Source: Stylophora pistillata
Lineage: Eukaryota
Length of the DNA stretch: 64,000 nt
Direction: 5' to 3'
NCBI RefSeq assembly: GCF_002571385.2
Contig: NW_019217993.1
Span: 62,307 to 126,306, forward strand
Position 1 is the first letter of the stretch. Every line of letters begins with the position of its first letter. The position numbers were made by a program, and so were the translations under genes. Shown one piece after another: positions 12,901-26,089 of this stretch. The notes below the pieces were generated by a model. It saw only the letters and a program-made list of their open reading frames with translations, did not search any database and was not told the DNA's origin.

Positions 12901-14932
12901 CCGGTAATTGTCTCTACAGAAATAAGTGACAGTGGTACCGACTAGGTAATCGTCTTCATGTGGCTTAAAATCTCCATGTCGGATTCTTCTGGGTGTTGTA
13001 CATGACTGAGGTTTTGAGCCTGTAGTAAGAGAACGAAAAAATTATGTAAGTTATCATATTTTGAGATGCCTTCCCAATGTTCTCAATGAATAAGTTAAAC
13101 TATAAGAGCACTTAAATATCTAAAACAACTTTACGGCAGAATATTTTTTTCTTCGCTAAATGTTCGTTTCTCAGTTGCTAACGATCTTTAAAACTAAGGG
13201 GTTATCTTGGTGTGTAGAAGGCTCGTTAAAAAAGGTTTATTGTACTATTTGTTCGATCATTAGGCGTGAGGAGATTATGAAAGAAGATCTTACTCCTTCA
13301 ATATCTTAATTGTTTTAAAGGAAAACAGTGTATATTCCCGGGTTTTTTCTCTATTCATTTGATGGCAAAAATCTCATTCATTAAAAGCACGAAACACATT
13401 TCTTATGTCTCACCTCGCTGACATGTGGGTGGACTTCCAGTCCACTTATTATTTCTACATCTGATCACGCGAATCCCAATGGTCTTATACCCAGAATTAC
13501 AAACGTACACGGCAATTGTCTTTGACGATCTAACCCTCCCATTCGATATACCTGGAGGAGATAAAATGAGTTGAGTGGTTAATTCTTAAAAGTCCACCTT
13601 CGAACAAAGAGATAAGTCAGGAAAAAGGCCGGTTTCCATCTTTAGACTCGATATTTCCTACGATAAAAATTTCGAAGCCTTTCGCGCCTCTGCATCTCGC
13701 TTTACATCAACAAAGGTCGATGACCCACGAACAACTTGCCCTCCTTAGGGACCTGGAACTGAGTTATGCAAATGCAGCATTCATTTGAATGGTTGTATGT
13801 GTAAGTTCACGTATTGCATGGATGGATGTTACATCAATATTGAGAGTCCTGAGAGAATTCATAGGTTAGCTAGACCACATACTTCATACATCCTACGAAC
13901 TGGCAAAATCAACATTGTTGAAATTGTCAAACGAGTAGAGAGTATATTTTGAGATCGGCTGTCGAATCAAAAACGACATGAAACATACTTTACCTGGAGG
14001 GTCAGTGCACTCCTTACTTCTCCTCTCGCATGTCGCTCCGGTGAAACCTCGTGCACAAGTACACGTGAATTTTTTGACACCGTCTTCGCATCTTCCCCCA
14101 TTCTGACATGGTTTGGAATCACACTCGTCGATGTCCACTTCGCAGCGTTGACCAGTATAGCCAGGAACACAAAGGCATTTGAATCCTGTACTAGTAATGT
14201 TTTCTTCCACACATTGTGAGCCGTGATAACAAATATTAGAGGCATTGGATGCACAGGGCGTTCCTTGGAAGAAACAATTTATCAGTCAAGGGAGGGGTGG
14301 GGAGTCATTCATGCGCTGGACCCAAGAAAATAGTAACGTGCGACAGAACAACGACGTTTGAGTTACTATGATTCGGCAGGTTTGCTTAGTAAAGCATGTT
14401 ACTTTAGCTGCGGCAGTTGATTTGTGGTCGAATTCTCAAGCACAGAGGCCGGTAAAGTAATGCAAATTAAAATTATTTGATAGAGAGCTTATATGTTTCT
14501 TTTATTGACCTAGTTCGTCTTTGGAAGCAGCTGTTGCTTAAGTTGCTCGAAAATCGAACCTACCAAAGTAGTCATTTCTGACACATGACATGGGTGGCAT
14601 GGCGTTTAACAAATATTTTCACTTTGTATAACGTTAGTTTTGTCTTGATACGAGTTGTATTTGCGTCAAGATATGAATATTATTGCTGTGTGTGGGTACA
14701 TCTGAAACCAGTCAACAATATGACAGGAGTCATCAGAGCAGGAACCCTTTCTGCTACCTCAGTATCCCATGCCCTTTACAGATGAATCCTTTATTTCTTT
14801 TTTTTGTTGTTGTTGTTGCAAGGGGCTCTAATGAAAACAAAACAATCGCCACTTACCTGCAATAACGTTGTTTGCAAAGCATCCTGAAAAGAAGATTATG
14901 CCGATAACAGACACGGACGTAGTAAATATCAT
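6933..14932 (-). CDS. CFB: Complement factor B/C2-like protease: signal peptide, 2xEGF, 3xCCP (sushi), vWA, trypsin-like serine protease; 797 aa, 11 coding exons
   Basis: Exons (minus): 14857-14932 signal peptide [20 protein letters not shown]; 13994-14263 two EGF (second is Ca-binding type, DIDEC); 13414-13551, 12825-13019, 11964-12161 CCP1-3; 11247-11585 and 10270-10602 vWA with MIDAS DSSAS..T..TDG; 9396-9635, 8529-8773, 7841-8029, 6933-7103 protease with TVAHC, DLALI, GDSGSP, SWGDGC, YGVYT. All introns are GT-AG, phases match, and the total of 2394 nt is divisible by 3. CCP-vWA-protease is the diagnostic Bf/C2 architecture. Confidence 0.93.
7244..7500. repeat. Intronic interspersed repeat
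   Basis: Contains CGACAACGATATTCGTCACCACAGTG...GAGGCGCAGC and TTGGCCAATCAGATTGCGA, typical (from memory) of coral repeats. Confidence 0.35.
8905..9016. repeat. Intronic interspersed repeat fragment
   Basis: TTGATATTGTATTGATATTGTGAGGAGAAATTCTG...AAAGGGTTA resembles (from memory) a common coral repeat end. Confidence 0.35.
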
Positions 14933-15137
14933 CTTCTGTATTATCTGAAAGAAGAACCATGATAACGTATTCACACTAGCTATGGATTATCAAAATACAG
15001 GCCGAAAAAGATTGAGAAGGTCTGTAGTTATTAGAATACCTTGTTTGAGTAATCATGTGAAAGCGCACCGCTTACTTACCAAGCTCCATCTCTTTATCGT
15101 AAGTCATAGCAAGCGAACCATAAATAAGGGATCCATA

Positions 15138-15835
15138 CCCGGCGGGGGAGGAGGGGGGAGGAAGGGGAGGAGGGGGAAGGAGAGGAAAACACTTTGGTAA
15201 TTTTTTTTCTGGGTATGTGCCGCTGGCCTCTCACAACCACTATCCCATATTGACTACCCCTACACACGGCCCACTACCCCCATATTGGTCAGTTATGGGC
15301 GTGCGTAATTTTCGCGATCCCAACTTAATCAAGAACGAATGTAATGCGAGCCGATTGTTATCACAACAACACCGCAAAATACGCTAATAAACTTTTAACC
15401 CCGCATCTTCCTATTTTGAAATCCTTACTTACCATAATACCTTTCTATAACATCAATAAATGGTTAGATATTCTAGTCTTCTCGGATAGGGACGAATAAA
15501 TGGAGGTCCCGTCTCCTGCAGGGTTAGGGGTAAGAGACGTTAATTTCCCACGCACGAGATTACTGTGTGATGGATGTCCTCCCCTGGGATGGGATGGGTG
15601 GGTTTGTTGGAGCTTAAACCTCGTAGGGGACCCATGTCCTATTGTTTCTGCTCCAATGCTTGGTACAAATCATTAAATAAATAAATAAATAAAAATTCCC
15701 CACCCCCCAAAAAAAAACCTGAAAACGCGCCACCTTATTCTTGCCACTCTGTTGAAAAGGAAACCCTACTCAATCCAGTCGTGCAAGGCGACCCCATCCA
15801 GCGACACATCCCCATTCTAGTATCCCCCATCCGAA
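15138..15835. mobile_element. MITE-like element split by a SINE insertion
   Basis: G-rich left end with GGGTATGTGCCGCTGG and C-rich right end with CCAGCGACACATCCCC (inverted match); the interior 15440-15695 is SINE-like. Confidence 0.4.
15440..15695 (+). mobile_element. 5'-truncated SINE (same body as 40411-40790) with (AAAT)n tail
   Basis: 15441-15605 is near-identical to 40527-40692 (CTCGGATAGGGACGAATAAATGGAGGTCCCGTCTCC...TTTCCCACGCACGAGATTACTGTGTGATGGATG); ends in AAATAAATAAAT. Confidence 0.75.
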
Positions 15836-18738
15836 GTTTTCCGCACCGAACAAGATGCCCAGCTTTGGAACAAATATAACCTCTACAGTGAATCTGACAG
15901 GTTCAGCCCTAGGCTACGCGCAGCTCTTTCAAATGACTCAGTGATACACGTCCAAAGCTCATCGATACCCGAAAAATAGGTGTTCGTGCCCCCCCGTGTC
16001 CCGCTTGTTTTCCGCCGGCTACTTCAAATCTAATTATTATCGCTTGCTTCTTTTAGCATCTGTCAGTCATTGCTCGTGTCATCATTTGCCTACGGCCGTT
16101 GACGGGCGGCTAGTCGAAAATCAACGTCCGGGGTAAATCAGTGAGAGAAACAAGGAAGTATTTGAAAGAGTTGTTTGGGATCCACTGGACTGTGCCTCTG
16201 GCTGCCCGAGTCCTTCGCCAATCGATGATATCCTAATGGGTCACATCACTAGCTAGGGTAAGGACTTACTTGTATCTTAAAAGCAGCAATGTGTCACATG
16301 CTGACACGTTGTTCTTATATGCTTAAAGGGAACTGGCACAGCTTAAATCATGTTATGGTATTCACGATTTCTAGTACATGTAAGATACAGAATTGACGTA
16401 CAAGCATGTTTGTTAATTGTTGTGAAAGCACCTTAGGCGGTCTCAGAATGGATTTCAATTGTCCTTGTCAAAAACTTATCGAAACAAGCTCGTAACTAAG
16501 CCTAATAGACAGACTCACCGCTGCTACTGAATGATCCGAGTCGTTGACGCGTAGAGTAAAGAACAAACCCACTTTCTGCAATCAGATTTTTCAGAAACGT
16601 GAGGATTTCAGACTTCCTTTAGCTTTGGCGATGACGCAGTGGGCCGAATCCGGTCAAAAACTATCAGTTATCAGTATGACACGTCTGTCATACCATTCTC
16701 AGCGTGACGATTAGTCACGCCATCCTCACTGGAAGTAATCAGTTTATAAATTCACATGGCAGTTTTAAAACATTCTTGAGTAGAGAGATCAGGAAAATAA
16801 GGAAAGTTGTCAATTAGGAGATAACTTCTGGATATAACCTAAAAAGTCTCAGGACCAGCCAACCTAGAAATGTATGGTAATTTGTGCAGATATAAAATAA
16901 GCTCTTCGGTCTAAAGGATCAAATGACATAAACGCCACGCTGATGAGCAACCGGAAGTGGCACCTTACGGATAAATCTCATCCGCTTTCCATGGAAGGGA
17001 AACTGTGTTACACATTTACATAAAGGGACCTGATGATTACCGATCAACACATTGAAGACAGAAATAAACGCTGATTACAATTTAGCCCAGTGTGAAGAGG
17101 CGCAGACGTAGATTGAATTTAAAAATTTCCTTTTTTACACTTCTTTGGAATGATAACGGGGAACTACCGTCATCGCTGAAATGATAAGAATAAACTACAC
17201 GATACCTACTTAGTGGAGATAATCCTTCTCAGATGAACGTCTCTGACACTAAAAAGTCAAATGTTGGCTTCATCAATACACGCGTACTTTCAGCACCAAC
17301 GACAATCAGCAACAATTCGAACTTTCTTGTAGAAATTTTTCAGGCGACCTTTCATCTACTTGCAACAAAAAGGGATTCGATCGTTGAGCGGTAACAGGAT
17401 GGATAGATGCAAAGAAACATCTTTTTTATATATCTTTGGTATTTGTATCACTAAGAGATTAAAAACAGGTGTCACGCATAGACTAAACCCCTTACTTCAA
17501 ACAGAAAGAAGGCAGTGACACAAAGAAAGTGCTTTTATTACGTAAAATTAATCAATAGCCCCCGACAAAGAAAAAAATCCCTTCACTTTTGATAGTGAAA
17601 TGTCCTCGATCGAAAAAGTACATAATGTAGCGGACTTGTTTTTTTTCGTAACTTACGTATTTCACAGAAATTAGTTGACCATTTCTATTTCTCCCAGAAA
17701 AGAAAACGATACTGTTGAGCTACTTAAAGAGCTATATAAATGAAAGTGTTTCTAGCGAAATAAAGTCGATATGATTAATTTTAGAACACCAAATACCGAA
17801 AGAAAAACATCCTAGAGTCAATAGTATTTTATGGCTTACACACCAGTTTCCACTAATTTTCTTACACCCTCAAATTACTGGTAAACTTTATAGACCGGTA
17901 ACATTCAGCCACCTAAAGAGCTGTGTTAATGAAAATATTTCTAGCGAAATAAAAGTTAGGTTACTCATCAATTGATTATGATTTATTAAAGACTACAGAG
18001 TTGAAAGGAGAAGTATCGTGCGTAGTCCCGAAAGCTTTTTATACCAATTACCATTATTATCCATCCACCCCCAGTAAACTACCAGTACATTTTATAAACA
18101 GCTTCAAGTACATCAAAGCCAATTCTCAAAAAAGACAAGTGCACTGGAAGAAAATACAATAAACAATACCCAAAACCTATCGTGGCTTAACTCTCGTTAA
18201 TCTAAAATGATAGATATCGCAAATATTAAAATCGCGATGAAACAAAATGGAAAATTTCCAATTCTTAGAATAATTGACAATTGTAACAACTCAGTAAAAT
18301 TTCGTTACCTTAGTCTTCTCAGTTTTAAAGCTCTAACTGACGCATTTTGTTCGGCTCTTAAACCCATACACAGTATTTATCGCACCTCGACGATGCCAAG
18401 TTAATTTCCTGTGTGGAAAAGTCTTGCTTTAGAACAAGTGTTTAAATCTTTAAAGAGCGAAACCCTCCAAATTAAAATCGAGGATTTCTATTAACTCTCT
18501 AATTGACGTTTCACTCGGTAATTTGCTTCAAATTGATACCTACTGCATATAAAGCAATAATAGATAGTGTATGTTTCCTTGAAACATCTACGAAGTCTGA
18601 TCTATTGTGAGACTAAAACTGATAAGGTTAAAAGATTTCCCCCTCCAAAAGACAAAATCGTCTGAAAGAAAAAACCGTACAATTCGACGCGACCTTCTAA
18701 ACCTATTTTTGACCTAACATGTGCTCTACTCTTCTTAT

Positions 18739-21700
18739 CTAATAGTAATTAGGTCCAGGCGTAGAATTGCTGGCCATGTAGGTAGTGCTGCCACTGTAAA
18801 ATCGCGCTGTATTTGTTACTTCGGAATTTTCTCCTGAATTAGCTGTGACATCTTCAACCTGTTAAAAATTTCTTAAAGTTAAGATTGCTGATGATTAAGA
18901 ACCTCTTATCACGCACACACACCTATTCTCAGTGACCCTGTTTTAACGTAGACAAATAATCAAGAAAAGGATTTTAGGGGTCTTAGACACCAAAGATAAA
19001 CAGTTCTTCTTTACAGCCAACAGTTACAATTGGAGATAAGCGGCCATGCGCTTTCATTAATATTTGTTCAGTTATTTCAACCTCACCTCTGGCATGAGAT
19101 CAGCTTTTCTTTCCTCTAAATCCCCTAGCTTTTCTCCCAGTTTCTCCAATTCTTTTTCGAGACGACCGTTGTTTGATTGAAACGTTTGGCCTCTTTGCTC
19201 AAGGATTCGGGCTGTGCCTTCGTTAGAGACCTTCGATGACTTCAGGAAAATAATGACATCGATTAATTCAAAACGCATGTAAGCACGTTAATTGCATAGT
19301 GTAACTGGGAACCTATATTTTTAACTGGTTCCTTCGGCTTTAAAACTTCCTCTCTTACAAATCAAGTTACCTATCTTATGTTTTGTTTCCTTTGAACTCT
19401 AGCTAGAGGAACTCAGCTTCTATTCGAGTCACTTTCACTCATCAATGCTCAGTTTTAGCTCCTTCTGCCTACAATTACCAGTGTTAAAAAAGCACAATTC
19501 TGCACTTTTTGTTAATAGTTTCCTAAAAATAGGCTGCTTCATATGGCTTTATAACATGACAGTGCAACAATTTGCGTTTTCTTACCCTTCGTTCTCCACT
19601 GTAAACCATGGGAAACTGTAAGGCTGACGAGGCCGTGGTCGTCATTTCTTGAGCAGTTTTCAAAACTGGACAATTCTTTCCACTCTCCCACTGTACAAGC
19701 TCATTGTTATAAAACTGAGCTTCTTTCGTTGCAATTTTCAACTTTTCGTTTTTGTGTCGTAACTCTTGAAGTTCTCGCTCTAGGAGACTTAGTTCCCGTT
19801 GTCTAGGACTTGACAGCTGCGTCTCACTCCTCAGTGAACTGACGTCTCTCCCGAGGCTATGCGCGATCATCTGCTGTTCCAGTAAAGCTCGTTCTAGTCT
19901 ACTCTTGCCTTCCTGAAGTTCTAGTATTTCGCTTCGTAGGTTTGACAAGGTGTTCTCATAAATCTTCCTTTCGTCTTGTGATCTTTTGTAAAACTCTTGT
20001 TCCAGGAAGACCTTCAATTCCTGTGTGATCCTTTGAGTTCGTTGCTCTATTTCCATTTTCTCGTGCTCAAATTGATGTTCCAACTTACTCTTCTCCTTCT
20101 TAAAGCTTTCCTCTGCTTCCACGATCTTCCTTTCTGCTTTGGCTAATTTTTCTTTGAGCACAGCTATAGTTGCGTCTGCCGATCTTTGGTTAGCTTGAAC
20201 TGCCTGTCTGTTCTCTTCTCGGAGTCGGGTCACCATTTCTTGCTTTCCCTTATCGACCTTGTTTCTCCACTCTGTCATTTCTGTTTCATACTTCTTCTCT
20301 AGCTCTCGTTTTTCTTTCTTGAAGGATTCGGAAAGACAATTCTTTTCCTCTCTCATCTTGGAAAGCTCCCTAGACATAGCCTCCAAGGTAACATTTAGCA
20401 ATTCTTTTTCATGTTCCAATTTTCCGGACATTTCATCTTTGTCCCTCTGACTTTGCTGAAGCCAGGATTCCTTTTCCCTTAACAACAGTTCGTTTTGCAT
20501 CCTCAATTTTCTTTCCGCCTCCAGCAATCGTTCCTTCTCTGCACGAAATTCAGCCTCTAGTTTCTGGAAAGAATCCTGCTGTTGCTTTTCCCGAGTTGAT
20601 ACTTCTTTTGTTATTTTAGCTTGGTAGTCAAGACGGATTTTCTCTTCAAATTCTTCCCTCTCAGTTTTAAATTTGGCTTCCATATCCAGCATATCGGTTT
20701 GCGAACGTTCTATGAGTTCTATTCTGTGTTTTTCCCTGGCTTCCCTCAACTCCATTTCTAGCTTGTACTCTATCTTACGACGTTCTTCGGTGAAGCGGTA
20801 CGTCAGTTGTTCTTTGGTCCTTTCAATCGTCCTCTCCAGATCGTATATCTTCCTCTCCATCTCCAACTTGGCCCTTGTGAGCGTTTCTACTTCAGATTTA
20901 TACTTCTCTTCGCCCTGAGTAAACCTCCTGTTCTCGTCTTGAATCCTCTTATTATAGTCTTCAATTAGTTGTTTCTTTTCTGCTAGGAATTCGTGCTGCA
21001 GGTCATTCTTCTCCTTTTCCAGTTCCTTACGGGTCTTCTCTATTTCCTTACTGCTTACTTCTCTAAAGTACTGCTCGCGTTCATAACGAACCGTATTGAT
21101 CTCGTGCTTGTATGTTTGCTCAAGTTGACTTAGTTTCCTTTCACAAATCTCCCTCTCGCTGGTTGTTTCTTCTTTCAGATCCTTTAGCTGCTTCTCATAA
21201 CTCTCCTCTAAAGTTTTCTTTTCTTTTAAGAGTTTTTCTTTTTCATCTCGATGTCTATAGCTGGCTTCTTCCATTTTTCGTTTGGACTCTCTGTTCTTTT
21301 CCTCAAAAGTGTGTGTCTTCTGCTGGAGTTCCTCCCTCAACGTCTCGGCCCTCTTCCTTTCACTTTCGTATTTTTCTAGTAAACCGTGAAATTCAATGCT
21401 AAAACGATCTTCGTTTCTCTTTTTCTCCTCATTAGCTGACTCGGCCGAGTCCTTTAAGCGTCTGATTGTACTCTCTAGCTCACTCATGATCTTTTGTAAT
21501 CTGTGCACTTCAACTGTTGCCCTATCTTTTTCACTGATGTATTTTTCTCTCTCCATTTCGTGCCTTTCTTTCAACTGCTCAAACTCCACTTTATATTCTT
21601 CCTCTGAATCTGAACATTTTTTAGCCATTGTTGCTAGATCTTCGGTAATTCTTCTATTAAGGTACTCCAACTCTGTTATTTTTAATATTAAGGCGCCATT

Positions 21701-24700
21701 CTCCTGGTTCAGTTTGCTTTCCTTGGCTGTCTTACTCTCAAGTTGAGATCGTAGGCGAGATAGTTCGTTAAGCATCTCACGATTTGCTGTCTCAACCTCC
21801 AAAGACGCTTTTATCTTTGTCTCGTATTCTTCAATCTTCGTATTAAGGTCTTTTATGGTTGCTTCATTTTGCTCTTCAGTTTCGCTGAGAAGTCTTTCAG
21901 CATCTTCTAATTTCAAGCGTAATCGTTCCGATTCATTGTTTAATTTTCTGTTTTCATCTTCAAGCATCTCAATTTTGTTTTTCATTGCGAGGGTATCTTT
22001 CTCCCATTCAAGGTTTTGCCTGGAAGCTTCCTCCTCAAGTCTTGCTACTGTGATAGTTAGCTCGTTTACCACCATAGTAAGCTCTTGCTTTCCTTTTTCC
22101 AGCGTCGCAACGGCTAAATCCTTTCCCTCCAATTGCTTATTCACATGGGCTAAGTCATCTTCATATCCGCTTTTGTGGTCATGAATGTCCTTTTCATGAC
22201 TGCTCTTCAAATCTTCCATGTTGTTGTTGTATTCTTCCTCTGCATTGCTGTATTTTGTCTTCCAGTTTGTCACTTCCCTCAGAAGCTCCTGGATTTCTTG
22301 GTTAAGCTTGTCTTTCTCCTGGGTCTCTTTGGTGAGTGAATCCTGTAGCTTTGATACCTGTGACATGTATCTCAATTCAATTTCTTTCCGTTCTCTAACG
22401 ATTCTTTCATCATAATTAGCTATTGTGTCTCTCTTTGAAACTTCAAGACTTTGTATACGGCTCAACAAACCCCTCTTTTCACTTTCTAACCCGCTAATTT
22501 TTTTTTTAAATGAAGCTGTCTGTAAGGTAAACTCATCTTGACTTTCCCTAAGATTGTTTTGAACTCGATCTAGCTCCTTCTCCATTGTTGCCACATGAAC
22601 GCTTTTAAGATCCAGGTCCCCCTTCATTTGCGCAATAATTTCCTTCATTTTATCTACCTCTTCTTCACTTCTGTTCTTGCTTTCTTCCATCCACTTCTCA
22701 CGTTTCTTTATTTCTTCTTTTAGTTCGGCTGTCTCTGTTCTATGCCTGGTGTTCTCCTCTGTAATCTTTCTGTCTAGATTCTGGCACTTCTCTGCTAATC
22801 TGTCGTTTTCTCTCGTTTGCTCAGCTGTCTTCTGATCATACTGGTTTTGCAAGTCCTTTATTTTGGTCTCCAGATCTCTTACTGTTTGCTCTAATTTAGA
22901 TATTATAGACTCTTTCTCGGTTTTTGTTTGCTGTAACTTCTTAGCATGTTGTGTCTTCAAAATGTCCATTTCCTTTTTTAATTGCTTTCCCAATTCTGCA
23001 TTCTCTCTTTTCATCTTGTCAGCCATTTCCTCCTTTGTAGTTTTCAGAGTCGTTTCGTACTGCTCTCTTAATTTTAACATTTCTTTGCGGAGTTTGTCCA
23101 GCTGTGTCTGTAGTTTCTTTTTCTGCGATTCGAGTTTCTCTTTTTCGGCTGTAAAACGAGAATTTCTTTTCTCAAAATCTTGCAGCAGATCTGTTATCTT
23201 AACCTCGTACTTTTTAACAATCTCACTCTGTCTCTCGATGAGCTGTTGCTTTTCTTGGTCAAAGTTTGCCTCAAGCTCGCTCTTCTCCGTTTCACATTTC
23301 TCTTTTAGAGAAGTTTTAATTTCTTTGATTTTTAATTTGTAAGTCTCTTCTATTGTCGCACATTTTTTAGTCAATTCATCTTCCTTTTGGCTGTGAGCTT
23401 CGTTCAAGGACACTTTTTCCTCTTTTAGTTTTTCTAACTTTAAAGCCATCTCCTCTTGCATATCGGCTATCTTCTTTTCGTAATCAGCCACAGTTTGTTC
23501 GTGACTTTCTGTTAGCTTGGATTTCTCATCAGCATATTCCTTATCCATCTCGTCTTTTTCCTTCTCATATTTTTGTCGAAGTTCTTTCTTCGTTTCTTTA
23601 ACAAGCTGTTCATACTTTTCCACGCTACTTGACAATTCCTCTCTCAGCCCTTGAATCTTTTCTTTATACTTCTGTTCGAGACTATTCATGGCAGCCTCTA
23701 AATCTGTCAATTTCTTCTCGTACTTTTCTTTGATTCCAGTTATTTGTTCTTCATACGATTTAACTGTGTTTGCATTGGACACCTTTAGCTCCTCTATCTG
23801 CTTTAAAAATCTTGACTCTAATTCTTCCTTTTCCTTTTCGAACTTAGCCGTCATTTCCTCCTTAAGCTCCTTGGTATTTAATTTATGCTTCCTCTCCAAC
23901 TCAGATATTTCTTGTCTTAGTGCCTCAAGAACTTTTTGATGTGACTCCTTTAGGCTCCTCAGTTCATTTTCCATCTCATCGCTTTTTGCATCAAATTCTT
24001 CTTGGAGACTAGTTATCTTTTCTTCATACTCTGTTACTACAGTCTTGTGGGACTCTTCCAAACTGTTTTTCTCTTTGAAAAATTTCTCCTCCATTTCACT
24101 TTTTTCCTTATTGCATTTTTCTGTCATCTCATCTTTGACCTCTTTAAGCTGTTTCTCGTGACCCTGTTTCAAAAGTAAAATTTCTTGCTCCATTTTTTCC
24201 ATGTTCTTCTTGTTGGTCTCTTCGAGCCTTTCTATCTCTTTTTCCATTTGAGCGATCTTCACTTCATATTCTTGTTGAGTGCTTGTCAATTTTGTTTCAT
24301 AACTCTGAATCGTGGTCTTATGGCTTTCAATCACTTCTTCTTTCTCTTTCAAGAAGTTGTCTTCAAATTCAGTCTTTTCCTTTTCATACTTTTCACGCAG
24401 CTCCTGCTCCATAGCTTTCATTTGGTCTTTGTACTTCTGTTCAAGGGAGTTAACCTTTTCCTGCCATGTCTGAATTTCAGCGGCATGTTTCTCTATTAGC
24501 TGTATTTTCTCTACCTCCAGCTTCGAAACAATCACTTTGTTTTCTTTTCGAATTTCCTGTATTTTCATCTCACCATGTTGTACAAGTTTCTTGTACTTGT
24601 TTATCAGGTCTTGCTTGTCTGTATCAAATTCACTTTCCATGGCATTTTCTTTCTGTAGGTATTCCATCTTTAGCTTATCTTGGAGCTCCTTCATCTGTAG

Positions 24701-25735
24701 CTCGTAGCTTTCCTCTAACTCGTTCAATTTTTTCTTCAGCTCTCTAATTTCCTCCAAAGAACCATTGTAGCTTGTTTCAAATTTTTGCTTCTGCGCTTTG
24801 AGCTGCGCTAACTGTTCCTCGTATTGTTCAGAGATTGAAGTTATTTTCGCTTCGTATTCATCCAGGGCTTTTTGGTGAATTTCCATCATGGATTCTTTCT
24901 CTTTAGTGAAGGCAGCTTCCATCTCACCCTTTTCAACTTGGCATTTTTCTGTCAACTCGATCCTCAGGTTTGCTAACATTTCTTCGTATTGTTTCTCAAG
25001 AGATGAACATTTTTCGCGCCATGTGGTCACTTGTGTGCTGAGGTTGGTATTCTTCTTCGCAAGTTTTTCTATGTCGAGTTTAAGCTGTCCTAGTTTCACC
25101 TCATACTCCTGCTGAATTTGTACAATCTTCATCTCATACTCTTTCGTGCTCTTCTGATGCGTCTGCAGCAGTCCCTCGTTTTCTGCTCGAAGCATCTGTA
25201 TTTGTTCTTCAAAGTTATCTTGCATTTCATCTTTTTCAGTGGAAAACCTGGTTTCCATTTCAGCCTTCTCCACCTTGCATTTGTTTGAAAGCTCCCTCTT
25301 CAAGTCTTCAATCATACGAAGATTTTCTATTTCCATGGCGGACATTTTTTGCTTAAGTCTTTGCACTTCTCTTTGAGACTCGTTGTACTTTTTTTGCCAG
25401 TTATCACGCTCGATTTTGAGTTGCCCGATCTTTGTCTCGTATTCTTGCATCATTTTTGTTTTCGATAGTTCGTAATCCGTGACCGTTTTTTGATACATAT
25501 TATTGAAACTTTTCTTTTCCCCTTCCAGCACCAGAATTCGTTGATTAAGAGACTCGATTTCCGCATTGTTATTTTGGTCCGTTGGAATTGTTCCTACGAC
25601 TTCCATGCTCCAACTTCCTCCTTGGCCCTCCATTGGAATTTCATTGGTAACCATGGAATATGAAGTAGGTTCAACATAATAAGGACTTCCCCAACCATCT
25701 ATGGCTTGGGACTCATTGATTTCGACCACGGACAT
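18739..25735 (-). CDS. Giant coiled-coil protein C, about 2,140 aa
   Basis: Giant exon 19586-25735 (acceptor near 25752; donor AGG|GTAAGA), exon 19087-19239, terminal exon 18739-18858; all phase 0. E/K-rich helical periodicity throughout and no globular domain recognised. The terminal exon frame is uncertain. Confidence 0.8.
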
Positions 25736-26089
25736 GTCTGTGATATTCTCCTAATTTAATAAGGACACATAAATAATCTTTAACGCTCTTGTCTTGTTTA
25801 GATTACCTACACATTCTATCACTAATCTATTTTATAACAAACGAGTTTTATTGTATGAGTTAAAGAAAATTTGTTGTTTTTTGAAAACTAAAGGTTGTGA
25901 AGAAATGGTATTTCATACAAACATGCTGACAATGATTGCTAAATTATGACACGGGTGTGTTCTCTATGTATTTTCAACAAGGTCTTGGTGCAACGTTTTC
26001 ATCGTAGTTAATGTTTTGTTTTGCTTTTTGGGTGCATGTCATAAACTTAAATCCAAGATAATCACGAAGGCAAATCAGAACAAAAAAAA

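Noticed and set aside
14560-14790. Possible additional Bf exon
   Set aside because: No open, domain-like frame with matching phases; exons 1 and 2 join correctly without it
15900-16960. Immune promoter motifs for Bf (AP-1 TGACTCA at 15934, ETS CCGGAAGTG at 16951) and candidate UTR donors
   Set aside because: Short motifs expected by chance; TSS unknown; no clear NF-kB site seen
19371-19468. AG/GT-bounded segment in a gene C intron as an extra exon or a stop-recoding signal
   Set aside because: Stops occur in all three frames and the flanking exons already join in phase 0; at most a decayed or poison exon
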